Positions 1 through 10,641 are shown, counted from the first letter of the stretch. The stretch is 64,000 nt of DNA from Candidatus Saccharimonadales bacterium (GCA_035479795.1 DATIII010000002.1:84034-148033), one strand, 5' to 3'. A program made the numbers and translations. The notes: generated by a model not told the origin, from the sequence alone.

Positions 1-2209
1 GCTCCAGAATCCGCATACTTTCCTGGCCAAATTGTTGCTCACGGCTGTCATAAAGCTGGCCAGCATACTCGGCCAATACACCCTGCGCATCGCGGGGATC
101 GGCCTTTTTAAGCCGGTTCGTTACCCCTTCATCCAGTGGCATCATGGCTGTCGTTTGTTCAATAATCTTGTCGGTTTCTACCATCCCGGTGCGCGCGTCG
201 GTATGGACAGTTACCAGATTAGAAAACTCATCGGCCAACATGCTCTCGATCTCTGGCCGTAGGTCAGTATTTTCCAGGGCTTTGCGGCGGCGCGAATAGA
301 CCACCTCGCGATGTTTGTTCATAACATCGTCGTACTCGACCAGCTGTTTGCGAATATCAAAGTTGTGACCCTCCACCTTCTTTTGAGCGCTCTCCAGGCT
401 GCGGCTGACAATGGCGTTTTCCAGCGGCACATTATCGTCCAAGCCCAAGGTGTCCATCAGGTTTGCTACGCGTTCGCCACCAAAGATCCGCATCAGATCA
501 TCCTCAAGAGAGACATAAAAGCGACTGGACCCAGGATCGCCCTGGCGGCCACTGCGCCCCCGCAGCTGGTTATCGATCCGCCGCGACTCATGACGCTCAG
601 TGCCAATAACATGCAGGCCACCCAGGTCGGCCACGCCTTCGCCCAAGACGATGTCGGTACCACGGCCGGCGATGTTGGTAGCCAGGGTGACGGCCTTCGG
701 CTGGCCGGCAGCCGCAACAATGGCAGCCTCGGATTCATTATTTTTGGCGTTGAGGATTTCATGCTTAACACCAGCTTTTCGGAGTAATCCAGATAGCACT
801 TCATTTTTGGCAATCGAAACGGTGCCCAGCAGAACTGGTTGGCCGTGTTCTTGGCGCTCCTTAACCTCGGCCACTATGGCGGCAAACTTTCCGGCTTCGG
901 TTTTATAGATCTTATCCGAATAATCCTTACGAATCATTTCCCGGTGGGTCGGTACTGTTGTTACATCCAGTTTGTAGATCTTGGCAAACTCCTCAGCCTC
1001 GGTGGCAGCCGTACCGGTCATGCCCGCCAGCTTTTTATAAAGCCGGAAGTAGTTCTGGAAGGTGATGGTAGCCAGCGTCAATGACTCCTGGCGAATCTCG
1101 ACCCCCTCTTTGGCCTCGATGGCCTGATGCAACCCCTCAGAATAACGACGGCCGTGCATCAGCCGCCCCGTAAATTCATCAACGATGATGATTTCGCCCT
1201 CGCGCGACACGTAATCGCGATCGCGCTGGAAAAGCGCCTGGGCCTTCAGCGACTGCTCGATATGATGGACTTCCTCGATCATGCCGGCTTCGTAAACATT
1301 ATCAACGCCCAGGATCTTTTCTAATTTAGAAATACCGGCATCGGTAATGGCCACCGCCTTGAGCTTTTCATCAATAGTGTAGTCAACCGCTGGATCAAGC
1401 TGGGTGGCAATCCGCGCAAATTGGCCGTACTTGTCGGTACTACCTTCGGCTGGAGCCGAAATAATCAGTGGCGTTCGAGCTTCGTCGATCAAGATTGAGT
1501 CGACTTCATCAACGATGGCAAAGTTGAGCTGGCGCTGTACCATATTGTGAACGTCGTTCACCATGTTGTCGCGCAGGTAGTCAAAGCCAAATTCATTATT
1601 AGTGCCGTAGGTAATATCGGCGGCATAGGCCTCACGCCGTTCAACCGGCCGTAGGTGCTTCAGCCGATCGTCAGCCGCCGATTCGTCAACATAATCGGGA
1701 TCGTACAGATAGGCAGCCACGTCAAAGGTGGCCTGAGGCACGATCACTCCCACCGACAGACCAAGGCTATGAAATACCTGCCCCATCCAGCCAGCATCAC
1801 GGCGAGCTAGATAATCATTGACCGTCACTAAGTGAACGCCCTTGCCGCTCAAGGCGTTTAGATAGGTCGGCGCGGTCGACATCAGGGTCTTACCTTCACC
1901 GGTTTTCATTTCCGCGATTTTACCTTCATGTAGCGCAATTCCGGCCATCAGCTGGACATCATAATGACGCTGGCCAATTACTCGCTTAGCCGCCTCCCGC
2001 ACCGTGGCAAAAGCTTCCGGCAGCAAATCATCCAGCTTCCCGCCTTCAGCCAGCCGCTGCTTCAACTTGCCTGTCTGGCCCCGCAGCTGCGACTCGGTCA
2101 GCTTTTTTATCCCTGGCTCCAGGTCGTTGGCCTGCTCGGCCAAGGCCCGCAGACGCTTAATTTCCCGAGCATTCGGGTCGCCCAAAATCTTGGTTAAAAC
2201 GCTTCGCAT
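1..2209 (-). CDS. secA: Preprotein translocase ATPase SecA (3' end runs off the window start)
   Basis: Read manually on the minus strand from ATG 2209: [20 protein letters not shown], with motifs [54 protein letters not shown] and [11 protein letters not shown]. Missing from the ORF track because it is truncated. Confidence 0.97.
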   Translation of the reverse strand, partial: MRSVLTKILGDPNAREIKRLRALAEQANDLEPGIKKLTESQLRGQTGKLKQRLAEGGKLDDLLPEAFATVREAAKRVIGQRHYDVQLMAGIALHEGKIAEMKTGEGKTLMSTAPTYLNALSGKGVHLVTVNDYLARRDAGWMGQVFHSLGLSVGVIVPQATFDVAAYLYDPDYVDESAADDRLKHLRPVERREAYAADITYGTNNEFGFDYLRDNMVNDVHNMVQRQLNFAIVDEVDSILIDEARTPLIISAPAEGSTDKYGQFARIATQLDPAVDYTIDEKLKAVAITDAGISKLEKILGVDNVYEAGMIEEVHHIEQSLKAQALFQRDRDYVSREGEIIIVDEFTGRLMHGRRYSEGLHQAIEAKEGVEIRQESLTLATITFQNYFRLYKKLAGMTGTAATEAEEFAKIYKLDVTTVPTHREMIRKDYSDKIYKTEAGKFAAIVAEVKERQEHGQPVLLGTVSIAKNEVLSGLLRKAGVKHEILNAKNNESEAAIVAAAGQPKAVTLATNIAGRGTDIVLGEGVADLGGLHVIGTERHESRRIDNQLRGRSGRQGDPGSSRFYVSLEDDLMRIFGGERVANLMDTLGLDDNVPLENAIVSRSLESAQKKVEGHNFDIRKQLVEYDDVMNKHREVVYSRRRKALENTDLRPEIESMLADEFSNLVTVHTDARTGMVETDKIIEQTTAMMPLDEGVTNRLKKADPRDAQGVLAEYAGQLYDSREQQFGQESMRILE

Positions 2210-2322
2210 AATCTCCGATATTGTAGCATAGCGCCGACAACTATTGACTGAGCTTGACAATCATTGATTAATAATTGAAAATAAGCATAACAATAATTAA
2301 AAACAAAAAAGGTCAATCAAAT

Positions 2323-2553
2323 ATGAAACACCTTAGGTCCAGCCGTGGCGCAGTCGATATGATTGTGATTGCGGTCGTACTGATCGGCGCCCTGCTCGTC
2401 GGTGGCTACTTTATTTACCAGCAGCAACAGGCCGGCTCCGGCGGTACCAGCTACCAGCCTGCCACCACACAAGATAATCAAGCCAGCGACGTCCAAGACC
2501 CAGCCGCAGCGGTTACAAATGACTCGGAGGCTAGCAATGAAGATGCTAACTAA
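2323..2553 (+). CDS. Small single-TM protein with pilin-like (class III-like) N-terminus
   Basis: MKHLRSSRG|AVDMIVIAVVLIGALLVGGYFIY: basic leader, Gly, hydrophobic helix, then a Q/T/D-rich tail. TTGACA at 2254 upstream. Confidence 0.6.
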   Translation: MKHLRSSRGAVDMIVIAVVLIGALLVGGYFIYQQQQAGSGGTSYQPATTQDNQASDVQDPAAAVTNDSEASNEDAN

Positions 2554-3268
2554 GGCCGTCGTAGTGTCGGCTTCACTGTCCATTGCGGCTATGCCGATGG
2601 CGTCACTCGCCGTCGATCAAGCGACAGTACCTAAAGCCTACGAAAAGTGTTTGAAGATTGAAAAAACCATAAATAACTTTGGACCCGCTCTACAGAGCGT
2701 TATGGACAGTCACTTCAATATGCCAACCGGCGATGCTCTGAAGAAATACCCAACCATAACTGCATCTGATACAAAGTATTCCTACACCAGTTCGACCTGG
2801 GCCGATAAGACGCATTACAACTACGCCATTTCCCGTGACCGCTGGAGCACAACCCTGGATTACCTGAAGAGTGCCACTTACTCAAGCGGCGCTAAGAAGG
2901 GCCAGCACATTCTCGACACCAGCAAGCTAGAGTCACTTTTGGGCGATTTCGATACACGAAAGGCAAATATTGAAACGCTAGTAAATGCCAAAATTGCCCA
3001 GTTGGCCGATAAGGCAGCCTACCCCGACTTAGTTCCAAATGACTGCCTGACGAAAGATGGGAGAGCCAGAATTAATGCCCGTGGCAAAGATCTAAATGGA
3101 ACTGTTAAGAGCCTAAGGGAGGCCATTGCCCATATGTATCAGAAGCCGATTCACAATGAAATCCAAGCGCTGATTAAGCAGCTTCTGAATGCCAAGAAAG
3201 ATAAGACTAATCCGGTCGACACATCTAAATCACGGGGACACACGGTTATCGCAAGCCCTGTCGGATAA
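2537..3268 (+). CDS. Secreted hypothetical protein
   Basis: GGAGG at 2526-2530 precedes ATG 2537. Signal peptide MKMLTKAVVVSASLSIAAMPMASLA. No recognised domain. Confidence 0.75.
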   Translation: MKMLTKAVVVSASLSIAAMPMASLAVDQATVPKAYEKCLKIEKTINNFGPALQSVMDSHFNMPTGDALKKYPTITASDTKYSYTSSTWADKTHYNYAISRDRWSTTLDYLKSATYSSGAKKGQHILDTSKLESLLGDFDTRKANIETLVNAKIAQLADKAAYPDLVPNDCLTKDGRARINARGKDLNGTVKSLREAIAHMYQKPIHNEIQALIKQLLNAKKDKTNPVDTSKSRGHTVIASPVG

Positions 3269-3278
3269 CCTTAAATAA

Positions 3279-3314
3279 CTATAAAAATCGCCCCTCCGAG
3301 GGCGTTTTTTATAG
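3279..3314. terminator. Bidirectional intrinsic terminator
   Basis: CTATAAAAA-TCGCCC-loop-GGGCG-TTTTTTATAG between convergent genes. Confidence 0.8.
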
Positions 3315-3331
3315 CCACTTTCCATTTGTAA

Positions 3332-3709
3332 TTATTCTTCGGTGATTATTGGCTCGCGGCCGAGCATTTTGGCAAATAGTTTGCGGCGGCGGTTTTTAGC
3401 CGGCTCATGCTTACTCTTGTAGCGCAGAATCTGAGCTTTTAGCTTTTGCTCGCAGATGTCGATGGCGGCGTACATATTAACCGTTTCTTCACGGGCGTGC
3501 ATCCGCTCGCCTTTCACATCAATTTCAATCTCACTAATACACTGGCTGTCGGCCGTGTGGGATTCATCGAGCTCAAGGATGACGCTGCCGCTGACTTCGC
3601 CGGTGCCGCGAGGCAGGAATTTATCCAGATTACCTATCTTTTTCTCAATGTACTCCATGATTTTTGCGTCTAACTCAAAGTGCCGCCCTGTGGTTTGAAG
3701 CTTTATCAT
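3332..3709 (-). CDS. hpf: Ribosome hibernation promoting factor (HPF/RaiA, short form)
   Basis: LQTTGRHFELDAKIMEYIEKKI...NMYAAIDICEQKLKAQILRYKSK. Confidence 0.92.
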   Translation of the reverse strand: MIKLQTTGRHFELDAKIMEYIEKKIGNLDKFLPRGTGEVSGSVILELDESHTADSQCISEIEIDVKGERMHAREETVNMYAAIDICEQKLKAQILRYKSKHEPAKNRRRKLFAKMLGREPIITEE

Positions 3710-3720
3710 AAAGAGCCCTC

Positions 3721-3750
3721 CTAAATGCTAAATTCTAAATTCTGAATCCT
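3721..3750. repeat. Degenerate heptamer tandem repeat (CTRAATY-like)
   Basis: CTAAATG CTAAATT CTAAATT CTGAATC CT. Confidence 0.7.
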
Positions 3751-3755
3751 ACGTG

Positions 3756-4970
3756 TCATAGCCACTCCCCTCCATAATATTCTTGCAGCGCCTTAGGTAG
3801 ACGAACCTTCCCGTCCTTCGTTTGATGATTTTCAATGATAGCAATCAGAGTTCGGCTGATAGCCGCGGCCGTCGCGTTTAGTGTGTGCACGGCTATTGTA
3901 CCGTCTTCCGTACGGGTGCGAATTCCCAAACGACGAGCCTGGTAGTCAGTACAGTTTGAGGCGCTAGTTAACTCTCGGTAGCTACCATCCACCGGGCTCC
4001 AATACTCAACATCGTATTTTTGGTAATGGGGAGCGCCCATGTCACCAGCAGCGGTGCGGGTGACTCTATAGGGGATCTCTAAATGCTGGCAAATATCTTC
4101 TTCGAGTTTAACTAATTTCTGCAGCCAATCGTCGCTGTCCTGCGGCGCACAGAAAACATAGAGTTCGAGCTTATTAAACTGGTGGACCCGGTAGAGTCCC
4201 TTTGAGTGCTTGCCATACGCCCCGGCCTCACGACGATACGACGGGCTCCAGCCGACATACAACTTTGGCAGGCCTTCGAGAATCTCGTCAGCATGATAGC
4301 CCGTTAGTGGGATCTCGGCGGTGGCGATCAGGTGCAAATCTTCCCCCTGTAGACTATAAACCTGCTCCTCTGGCCCCCTAGGGTTAAACCCAGTTCCTGT
4401 AGCAATGCGTTCGCTCACCATATGCGGGACATCCATCGGCACAAATCCGGCCTTCTCCGCCAGCTCGATGCCTAGACGCTTGATTGCCATCTCGAGTTTC
4501 ACAGCATTGCCCTTCAGATAGTAGAACTTACTCCCGGCTACCTTGGCACCACGCTCAAAGTCGATCAAATCGTGCTCTTCCATGAAAGCGACATGATCTT
4601 TAGCATCACCTTTTTCGGCCTCACCCCAGACGCGCTCCTCCTGGTTAGATTCTTCACCGCCTTCGGGTGTATCCGAAGCCATAAGATTGGGAACCTGACT
4701 GATCAACTCATTAAAATCGCTCTCCAATTTACTGAGTTTCTTTTCCGCCACCTCTAATTCGCCCTTTACCACCTGGAGTTTCTTCAACTCAGCTGCTGAT
4801 GGCTTGCCTTTGACGTTAAGCTGGGCGCGCAAGTCGTCCACCTCGCCCACCAGCTTAGTGCGCTGCTTATCAATCTCTAGGAGTTTGTCGATATCAACCT
4901 TGGTGCCACGCAGCTTAGCTGACTGCTTATACTTATCGGGATTGGCGCGTAGGTCTTTAATATCAATCAT
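3756..4970 (-). CDS. serS: Serine--tRNA ligase
   Basis: MIDIKDLRANP, LIATAEIPL, RREAG, RVHQFNKLE, SASNCTDYQARRL, HTLN. Confidence 0.98.
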   Translation of the reverse strand: MIDIKDLRANPDKYKQSAKLRGTKVDIDKLLEIDKQRTKLVGEVDDLRAQLNVKGKPSAAELKKLQVVKGELEVAEKKLSKLESDFNELISQVPNLMASDTPEGGEESNQEERVWGEAEKGDAKDHVAFMEEHDLIDFERGAKVAGSKFYYLKGNAVKLEMAIKRLGIELAEKAGFVPMDVPHMVSERIATGTGFNPRGPEEQVYSLQGEDLHLIATAEIPLTGYHADEILEGLPKLYVGWSPSYRREAGAYGKHSKGLYRVHQFNKLELYVFCAPQDSDDWLQKLVKLEEDICQHLEIPYRVTRTAAGDMGAPHYQKYDVEYWSPVDGSYRELTSASNCTDYQARRLGIRTRTEDGTIAVHTLNATAAAISRTLIAIIENHQTKDGKVRLPKALQEYYGGEWL

Positions 4971-5027
4971 AAAATTATTATAGGCCGAGCTGAGCGGAAA
5001 TTAAATGCTTTACCCAAGCCAAAACGC

Positions 5028-6563
5028 TTACTTTTCTAACCGCAGACGGCCGACTAACCAGTCCCGGTCTAGACTGGCCAAAAACCACCCGGCTTTGGGC
5101 CCGTAATCTTTACCCAAAATAACGCGATATAAAGACTGGAAGGCAGATTTATTATCCACCTTAGCCGCATCTTTAGCTGCATATATCAGCTCATGCATCC
5201 GCTGGCCATCTACCTGGCCCTCTTTGCCAATCGAGCCGGCCAGAAGATCCATAAACTTTTTTTGTTCCGCCGCCAAATCAACATCGGGAAGTTTCTTTTG
5301 AACCTCAAATTTTACTTCTTCAGGAGCATATTTCGCCAACCAATTTTCAACAAACTTGAGCTCTTTCTCCAGCACCGCTTTTTCATCGTCATCTTCGGGC
5401 TCCCAGTCTGTGCGCTGTAAGAGCTCCAAAACCTCATCAAAATCGCCCTGAGCAGCTTGATAAACCTGAACCAGGTGCTTGAAAGGCACAGAGGTAATCA
5501 TCTTTTCTTGACTACCGGCCACTGCAAATTCATAGGCATCGCGAAACTCATGATTTGCATCACTCTGGGCGGCAGCAAATTCATCCACAAGATTATAAAG
5601 CCCTAAGCCGGGGTCAAAGAATATTTTCTTTTCGGGGCGGCTGCGAACGATAAAGTAGCGCAGAAGCTCAGCCGGCATAATTTTGAGCGCATCATCGGGT
5701 GTAACTACATTTCCTTTAGAAGAGCTCATTTTTACATTCTCACCAGGACGGTGCATATGACCATAGCGCACCTCGCCATAAGGCGGCTCCACACCGAATA
5801 TCTGACGAGCAAACGCCATACCCGTGTCGTATGAGCCGCCAGCAGCACCATGTTCCTGGGCGCCAAACGGCTCAACGTTTACATCCAACTCTTTCCAGCG
5901 CGCCGGCCAATCAAGTCGCCAGTCCAACTTCACCATCCCATCGTCATAACTAACGCCGTTGATGGTTTTTCCCTGTTTATCCCAGGTCCTGACGTCGGCT
6001 TTAACGAAACGATCAGCTTTATCCAGATACTGCACTGGGGTCCAATCGGCAGCCACATCGCGCCCAAACTTCATTACAATTTCTCGCACCTGATCAATTT
6101 TTTCCAAAACCGTCTCGATGTGCGGAACCATGCGCCCGGTGCTATACAGCTGCTCGTAGCTTTTCAGGATTTCAAAGCCCTCTCCGCCTATCCCCATCGG
6201 CTTCAGGCTTTTTTCAAACTCAGCGTAGAAGTGATCGGCATAGGTTTTGTGGCAGTCACCAAAAGGATCCGGGATTAGGCAAACTGGATGACCGGAATAG
6301 TCTTTATCAACCTTTGGCAGGAAGTCATACCACTTACGTAATGGGTCAAAGTTGTCGACGACGTGAATGTGGGTGGCTTTGCGCCCCCGCTGTCGCACTG
6401 CCCAGGCCAGGGCATCGGCGGTCATGATCTCGCGATAGTGTCCTATATGGTAGGAGGCTGAGGGCGAAATACCGCTCGAGACAATTATTTCGCCGTCCGG
6501 ATACTTTTTAATAATCTCATCGGCCGCTAGGTCCAGCCAATAATTGCTTTTGGGTTCAGTCAT
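5028..6563 (-). CDS. lysS: Lysine--tRNA ligase, class I
   Basis: SGISPSASYHIGH, KLDWRLDWPARW, KMSSSKGN and GPKAGWFL are class I LysRS signatures. Confidence 0.95.
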   Translation of the reverse strand: MTEPKSNYWLDLAADEIIKKYPDGEIIVSSGISPSASYHIGHYREIMTADALAWAVRQRGRKATHIHVVDNFDPLRKWYDFLPKVDKDYSGHPVCLIPDPFGDCHKTYADHFYAEFEKSLKPMGIGGEGFEILKSYEQLYSTGRMVPHIETVLEKIDQVREIVMKFGRDVAADWTPVQYLDKADRFVKADVRTWDKQGKTINGVSYDDGMVKLDWRLDWPARWKELDVNVEPFGAQEHGAAGGSYDTGMAFARQIFGVEPPYGEVRYGHMHRPGENVKMSSSKGNVVTPDDALKIMPAELLRYFIVRSRPEKKIFFDPGLGLYNLVDEFAAAQSDANHEFRDAYEFAVAGSQEKMITSVPFKHLVQVYQAAQGDFDEVLELLQRTDWEPEDDDEKAVLEKELKFVENWLAKYAPEEVKFEVQKKLPDVDLAAEQKKFMDLLAGSIGKEGQVDGQRMHELIYAAKDAAKVDNKSAFQSLYRVILGKDYGPKAGWFLASLDRDWLVGRLRLEK

Positions 6564-6580
6564 ATCAGATATTTTACATC

Positions 6581-6601
6581 AAAAAAGCCCCAGACCGGGG
6601 C
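6581..6601 (-). terminator. Intrinsic terminator after greA
   Basis: GCCCC/GGGGC stem followed by T6 on the minus strand. Confidence 0.7.
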
Positions 6602-6620
6602 AATTTTGGGTTCGTATAGG

Positions 6621-7091
6621 TTACTCTATGTGTTTAATCTTATAGACCATCTCACCCGAAGGCACATCGATCGAGACTTCCTCGCCCTTGGTCTTGCCCA
6701 TCAAAGCCCGGCCAATCGGAGATTCGTTAGAAATCTTACCCTCTTCTGGATTAGCTTCCTGACTGCCGACAATGGTGTAAATCTGCTTGCCGTCTTCTAC
6801 TTCCAGATGAACCGTAGAGCCAATATCAATCTTGTCCTTCTTCTTGGGACTCTCAATTACAGCTGCATTACGCAGAATGTGCTCGATTTCTGAAATCCGA
6901 CCCTCAATAAACGACTGGTGATCTTTGGCTGCGTCCCAAGACGCGTTTTCGCTTAGGTCGCCATATTCTTTGGCTTCCTTGAGCTCACCGGCAATCTTAG
7001 GCCGTTCATTTTTAACTAAATTTTCGAGCTCGGCCTTGAGCTTCTCGACACCGTCTTTGGTTAAATAAAATTCCTTTGATGTGGTATTCAT
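6621..7091 (-). CDS. greA: Transcription elongation factor GreA
   Basis: LTKDGVEKLKAEL, GDLSENA, ISNESPIGRALMG. Start moved to ATG 7091, after SD AAAGGA. Confidence 0.96.
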   Translation of the reverse strand: MNTTSKEFYLTKDGVEKLKAELENLVKNERPKIAGELKEAKEYGDLSENASWDAAKDHQSFIEGRISEIEHILRNAAVIESPKKKDKIDIGSTVHLEVEDGKQIYTIVGSQEANPEEGKISNESPIGRALMGKTKGEEVSIDVPSGEMVYKIKHIE

Positions 7092-7126
7092 TGTGAATCC
7101 TTTCTGCGTCTGCACCAGAATGGCTG

Positions 7127-7153
7127 AAAAAAATTCTCGAGGGGATCCTCGAG
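7127..7153 (-). terminator. Terminator/attenuator inside the greA 5' leader
   Basis: Minus strand CTCGAGG-ATCC-CCTCGAG-AATTTTTTT, between a TTGACG promoter near 7235 and the greA start. Confidence 0.65.
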
Positions 7154-7290
7154 TCAGACGACTTGCCTTTTGATTACTAAACCGCTTATGTATTTAGTTT
7201 GTAGATCCATTCTTACGCATGGTCAGTTAGGCGTCAATAGTTACTATTGTCAGATAAAAATAAATATTTGCTTTTGGCTTAATTAAGGCG

Positions 7291-9324
7291 CTATTGGACG
7301 CATCCGCCAGGCCGGCTAAAACACCAAGCCAAGGTTTCGCGAACGGCGGGGGCTGCAAACTGAGCGCCTTCGCCGGAGTTCTCAATTAGTACCACAATCT
7401 CAATCTGGGGATTATCATAAGGCGCGAAGGCCGTAAACCAAGCATGAGGCTTGCGGTTGCCAGTGGGATCGGTTTCAGCCGTACCGGTTTTAGCCGCCAC
7501 CGCTACGGGAACTTGCTTCTCGATGAAGCAGCAGGCGGTCCCGTAGGAAGCTGAGACCACCTGGCGCATACCCGAACGAATGATATCGAGATTATATGGT
7601 GAAATAAATCCTTGACCCAGTACCTCTGGCTTAACCGTCTGGGTGGTTCGACCTAGCGAGTCGTGAACTTCCCTGAGTAGATGTGGTTTAACTACCTTGC
7701 CACCGTTGGCAACCGCAGATTCAGCCACCGCCATTTGCAATGGCGAAGCCAGCAGATCGCCCTGACCAATCGAAATATTATAAGTGTCTCCCAGCGTCCA
7801 CGATTCGCCGCTGAGCTTTTTCTTCCATTCCGGGGTTGGCACCCGACCAGCAGTTTGTTCGGCGATATCAATTCCCGGCTTGCGACCCAGGCCAAACTTT
7901 TGATAGTAGCTAGCCAGCCGGTTAACCCCCAGGCCAGCGATATTGCCATAGCCGCCACCCACGGTAAAGAAGTAGACATCCGAGCTGACAGCAATGGCTT
8001 TAAAGATATTAACAACGCCTAGGCCGCCGGGTTCGTAGGAACGATAAGTGTATTTAACATTGGGATCATATTTGTTAGTAACGACAATCGAGCCGGTATC
8101 GTTGACGGTAGTGTCCTGGCTGACGACATGCTCCTGCAGGGCGGCCGAACCTATCAGCGGCTTGATAATGGATCCTGTCGGGAAGGCACCGGCCATGACT
8201 TTGTTAAATAACGGCTGGCCAGGATCGCTTACCAACTTCGTGTAATCCTTCTGGCTAATGCCGCCGGCAAACAGATTATTGTCATAGCTTGGCGCATTGA
8301 CGGCAGCCAGCACCTCACCAGTATTGGGATTAATCGCAATTCCTGACGCCCGCTTACTTCCCGCCGCTTGCATCTGGCGAGTAATAGCATCCCGCAGAGT
8401 TTTTTGAAGATCGCTGTCAATCGACAAAACAATATCGCTGCCGGCTGAAGCCGGGGTGGAGGCCAGTACCTTAACCGGCCGTCCCGAGGCGTCAACCTCG
8501 GTCTGCTCGGTACCATTTTGGCCGCGTAGCACCTGCTCGTAATAAGCTTCAATGCCCAATTTCCCGACATAGTCCGTTGGCAGATAGGTGCGATCATTTT
8601 GTAAATCCTGTTGACTGGCCCGACCGGTGTAACCCAGAATGGCCGACAACCCAATATCCTCGCCATACTGGCGAATCGGGTTTACATCTAAACTGAACCC
8701 CGGGACCGTGGTGGTGGCTTGATCAAAGCCAAGAGCCGTCTCGCGCTCGAGGTTAGGGGCAACCAATTGAGGTTGCACCCGACTAAGACATTCACGCTGG
8801 GATTGGGTTTGGGTCAGTTTGCGAGCCAGCTGCGCCGTTACGCAGTCGGTTTCAGATTTTGCGGCAATCTCGGCGGCTGGCTTACCAATCAGGTTGCCAA
8901 CCTTGACATAAAGTTGCTGCCTGGTCGCCTCGTCCTTGGGCAGTAAACTTGGGATAACGGTAATGTCAAAGCTGGCCAGGTTCTGGGCTAAAACCTTTTT
9001 ATGGCGATCGTAGATTAGACCACGTGGTGCCCGAGTAATCTTCTGGCGGAGGCGATTGCCTTCGGCCAACCCCAGATTGCGCTGCCCCTGCACGACTTGC
9101 AGTTGAACTAGCTGAGCCACCAGCAGACCGGCCACAACTAGAATGGCTGCGACCAAGATATAGAGGGAGCGCCGGCTGGTGGGAGTCTCAATAGTGCCGG
9201 CCTCGGCGTCAGCCGGCAGGATGGCATCTGCCCAGCTCTCATGACCGCCCTGATCACGCTTAATGGTTGGCCGGCCCTTGCGCGGCCGATCTTCGCCCCC
9301 GTAGCCAAATAACGGACCCGCCAC
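7291..9324 (-). CDS. mrdA: Penicillin-binding protein 2
   Basis: APRGLIYDR, GKLGIE, GSIIKP (SxxK), SSD, KTGT. Follows mreBCD. Confidence 0.93.
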   Translation of the reverse strand: MAGPLFGYGGEDRPRKGRPTIKRDQGGHESWADAILPADAEAGTIETPTSRRSLYILVAAILVVAGLLVAQLVQLQVVQGQRNLGLAEGNRLRQKITRAPRGLIYDRHKKVLAQNLASFDITVIPSLLPKDEATRQQLYVKVGNLIGKPAAEIAAKSETDCVTAQLARKLTQTQSQRECLSRVQPQLVAPNLERETALGFDQATTTVPGFSLDVNPIRQYGEDIGLSAILGYTGRASQQDLQNDRTYLPTDYVGKLGIEAYYEQVLRGQNGTEQTEVDASGRPVKVLASTPASAGSDIVLSIDSDLQKTLRDAITRQMQAAGSKRASGIAINPNTGEVLAAVNAPSYDNNLFAGGISQKDYTKLVSDPGQPLFNKVMAGAFPTGSIIKPLIGSAALQEHVVSQDTTVNDTGSIVVTNKYDPNVKYTYRSYEPGGLGVVNIFKAIAVSSDVYFFTVGGGYGNIAGLGVNRLASYYQKFGLGRKPGIDIAEQTAGRVPTPEWKKKLSGESWTLGDTYNISIGQGDLLASPLQMAVAESAVANGGKVVKPHLLREVHDSLGRTTQTVKPEVLGQGFISPYNLDIIRSGMRQVVSASYGTACCFIEKQVPVAVAAKTGTAETDPTGNRKPHAWFTAFAPYDNPQIEIVVLIENSGEGAQFAAPAVRETLAWCFSRPGGCVQ

Positions 9325-9325
9325 T

Positions 9326-9820
9326 CTAGGCCCAGGCCGCCTTCGTGGGCTTTGACTGCTGCCCTGACATCGAAGTGCGCCCCAACATTAGGATGAGCGC
9401 CAAGCTATCGTTGACAATCACCTCACTCAGGATCATCGAATAAGCGTTCCCAGCAATTGTCCCGTTAACGGTGCTGATAATCACGAGGTCAAACAGAATG
9501 GTACCAAGGGTTACCGCTAGCAGCATAGTTATCAGCGAGTCCACTCGAAGGCCAAGCTGGCGACTGGCAATGATACCTAATGCCGCCACGCTGTAAAAGG
9601 CCATGCGCAGCCCAAAATCAACGGTACTGGCGTTGTCCAGGAGAAACCCGCCGAAAACCGCAGCCCCCAAGGTGGTGGTGGCCGACCCGTAAAGGCCAAA
9701 GAAAAGCACTGCCAGAAGCATCAAATTAGGCATGACTCCAAGGGGTCTCCAGTGTCCAAACAAACCAACCTGCACCCAGACCAGACCCAAAATAATTAAA
9801 ACTTTACCAACTGCCTTCAT
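9326..9820 (-). CDS. mreD: Rod shape-determining protein MreD
   Basis: Multi-TM, with PNLMLL and GGFLLD. Lies between mreC and mrdA. Confidence 0.8.
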   Translation of the reverse strand: MKAVGKVLIILGLVWVQVGLFGHWRPLGVMPNLMLLAVLFFGLYGSATTTLGAAVFGGFLLDNASTVDFGLRMAFYSVAALGIIASRQLGLRVDSLITMLLAVTLGTILFDLVIISTVNGTIAGNAYSMILSEVIVNDSLALILMLGRTSMSGQQSKPTKAAWA

Positions 9821-10641
9821 GGCCGCACCACCACGTAAACAATCTCTAGTTTGGAAAACGGCACGTCGGTGGACACTTGGGCTGACTGGAAAACTCCATT
9901 CTCACGCTTATCCACCGTTTGCACCTTGCCAATAATAATCCCCTTGGGTATGCCGCTCCCTAGACCGCTGGTGATAACCGTATCACTAGGTTTGATCGTT
10001 TGATTTTGGGCAATTTTGTCAAATATTAAACCACTTCCTATCTGGCCATGAATAGTCCCTGTCGGCCGATCCGGTTGGTCTTGGTCAATAGCCGCCACCC
10101 GAAAGCTCGGGTCGATAACCAAGAAGACCTTGGCCGTCTGCGGACCAACCTCCTGCACCGTACCAACCAATGTCCCAGAGGTGACCACTGCCATGCCGAC
10201 CTGAATCCCATCATTACTGCCCTTGGCGATCGTAATAAACTGGCGGAAATTGTCTGGCTGATAGCCCACTACCTCGGCAGCCGCTAACTGCTGGGGATTA
10301 ATGGTGCCCGCCCCCAGCTGCCGGCGCAAAGCTTCGTTTTGGGCCTTCAGTTCGGTATCGCTAGAAATTTTCTGCTGCAAAGCCGCCACCTGAGCCTTTA
10401 GCTTCTGGTTCTCGGCCGTTAGCTTGCTAATGGGCGTAAACAGGCTAAAAAAATTATCAAACCCGCCCCCCGCGCGGATTGTCGCCGTAGTTATCGGTTT
10501 GCCAATGGCCCCTATGGCGTTTCTAACCGGCGCTAGCCAGCCTAGCGAATTAGCAATAATCAACAATAACCCCAAGCCGAGTAAACCAAACAGGCGACGG
10601 TTAACCCCAGGTCTGGTCAGCAACCCAGCGCGACGTTTCAT
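9817..10641 (-). CDS. mreC: Rod shape-determining protein MreC
   Basis: TM, coiled coil (ENQKLK), KGSNDGIQVGMAVV, VITSGLG, PKGIIIG. Confidence 0.93.
   Translation of the reverse strand: MKRRAGLLTRPGVNRRLFGLLGLGLLLIIANSLGWLAPVRNAIGAIGKPITTATIRAGGGFDNFFSLFTPISKLTAENQKLKAQVAALQQKISSDTELKAQNEALRRQLGAGTINPQQLAAAEVVGYQPDNFRQFITIAKGSNDGIQVGMAVVTSGTLVGTVQEVGPQTAKVFLVIDPSFRVAAIDQDQPDRPTGTIHGQIGSGLIFDKIAQNQTIKPSDTVITSGLGSGIPKGIIIGKVQTVDKRENGVFQSAQVSTDVPFSKLEIVYVVVRP

Noticed and set aside
32-2231. Several plus-strand ORFs in the track
   Set aside because: They are antisense shadows of secA, which the track missed because it is truncated at the window edge.
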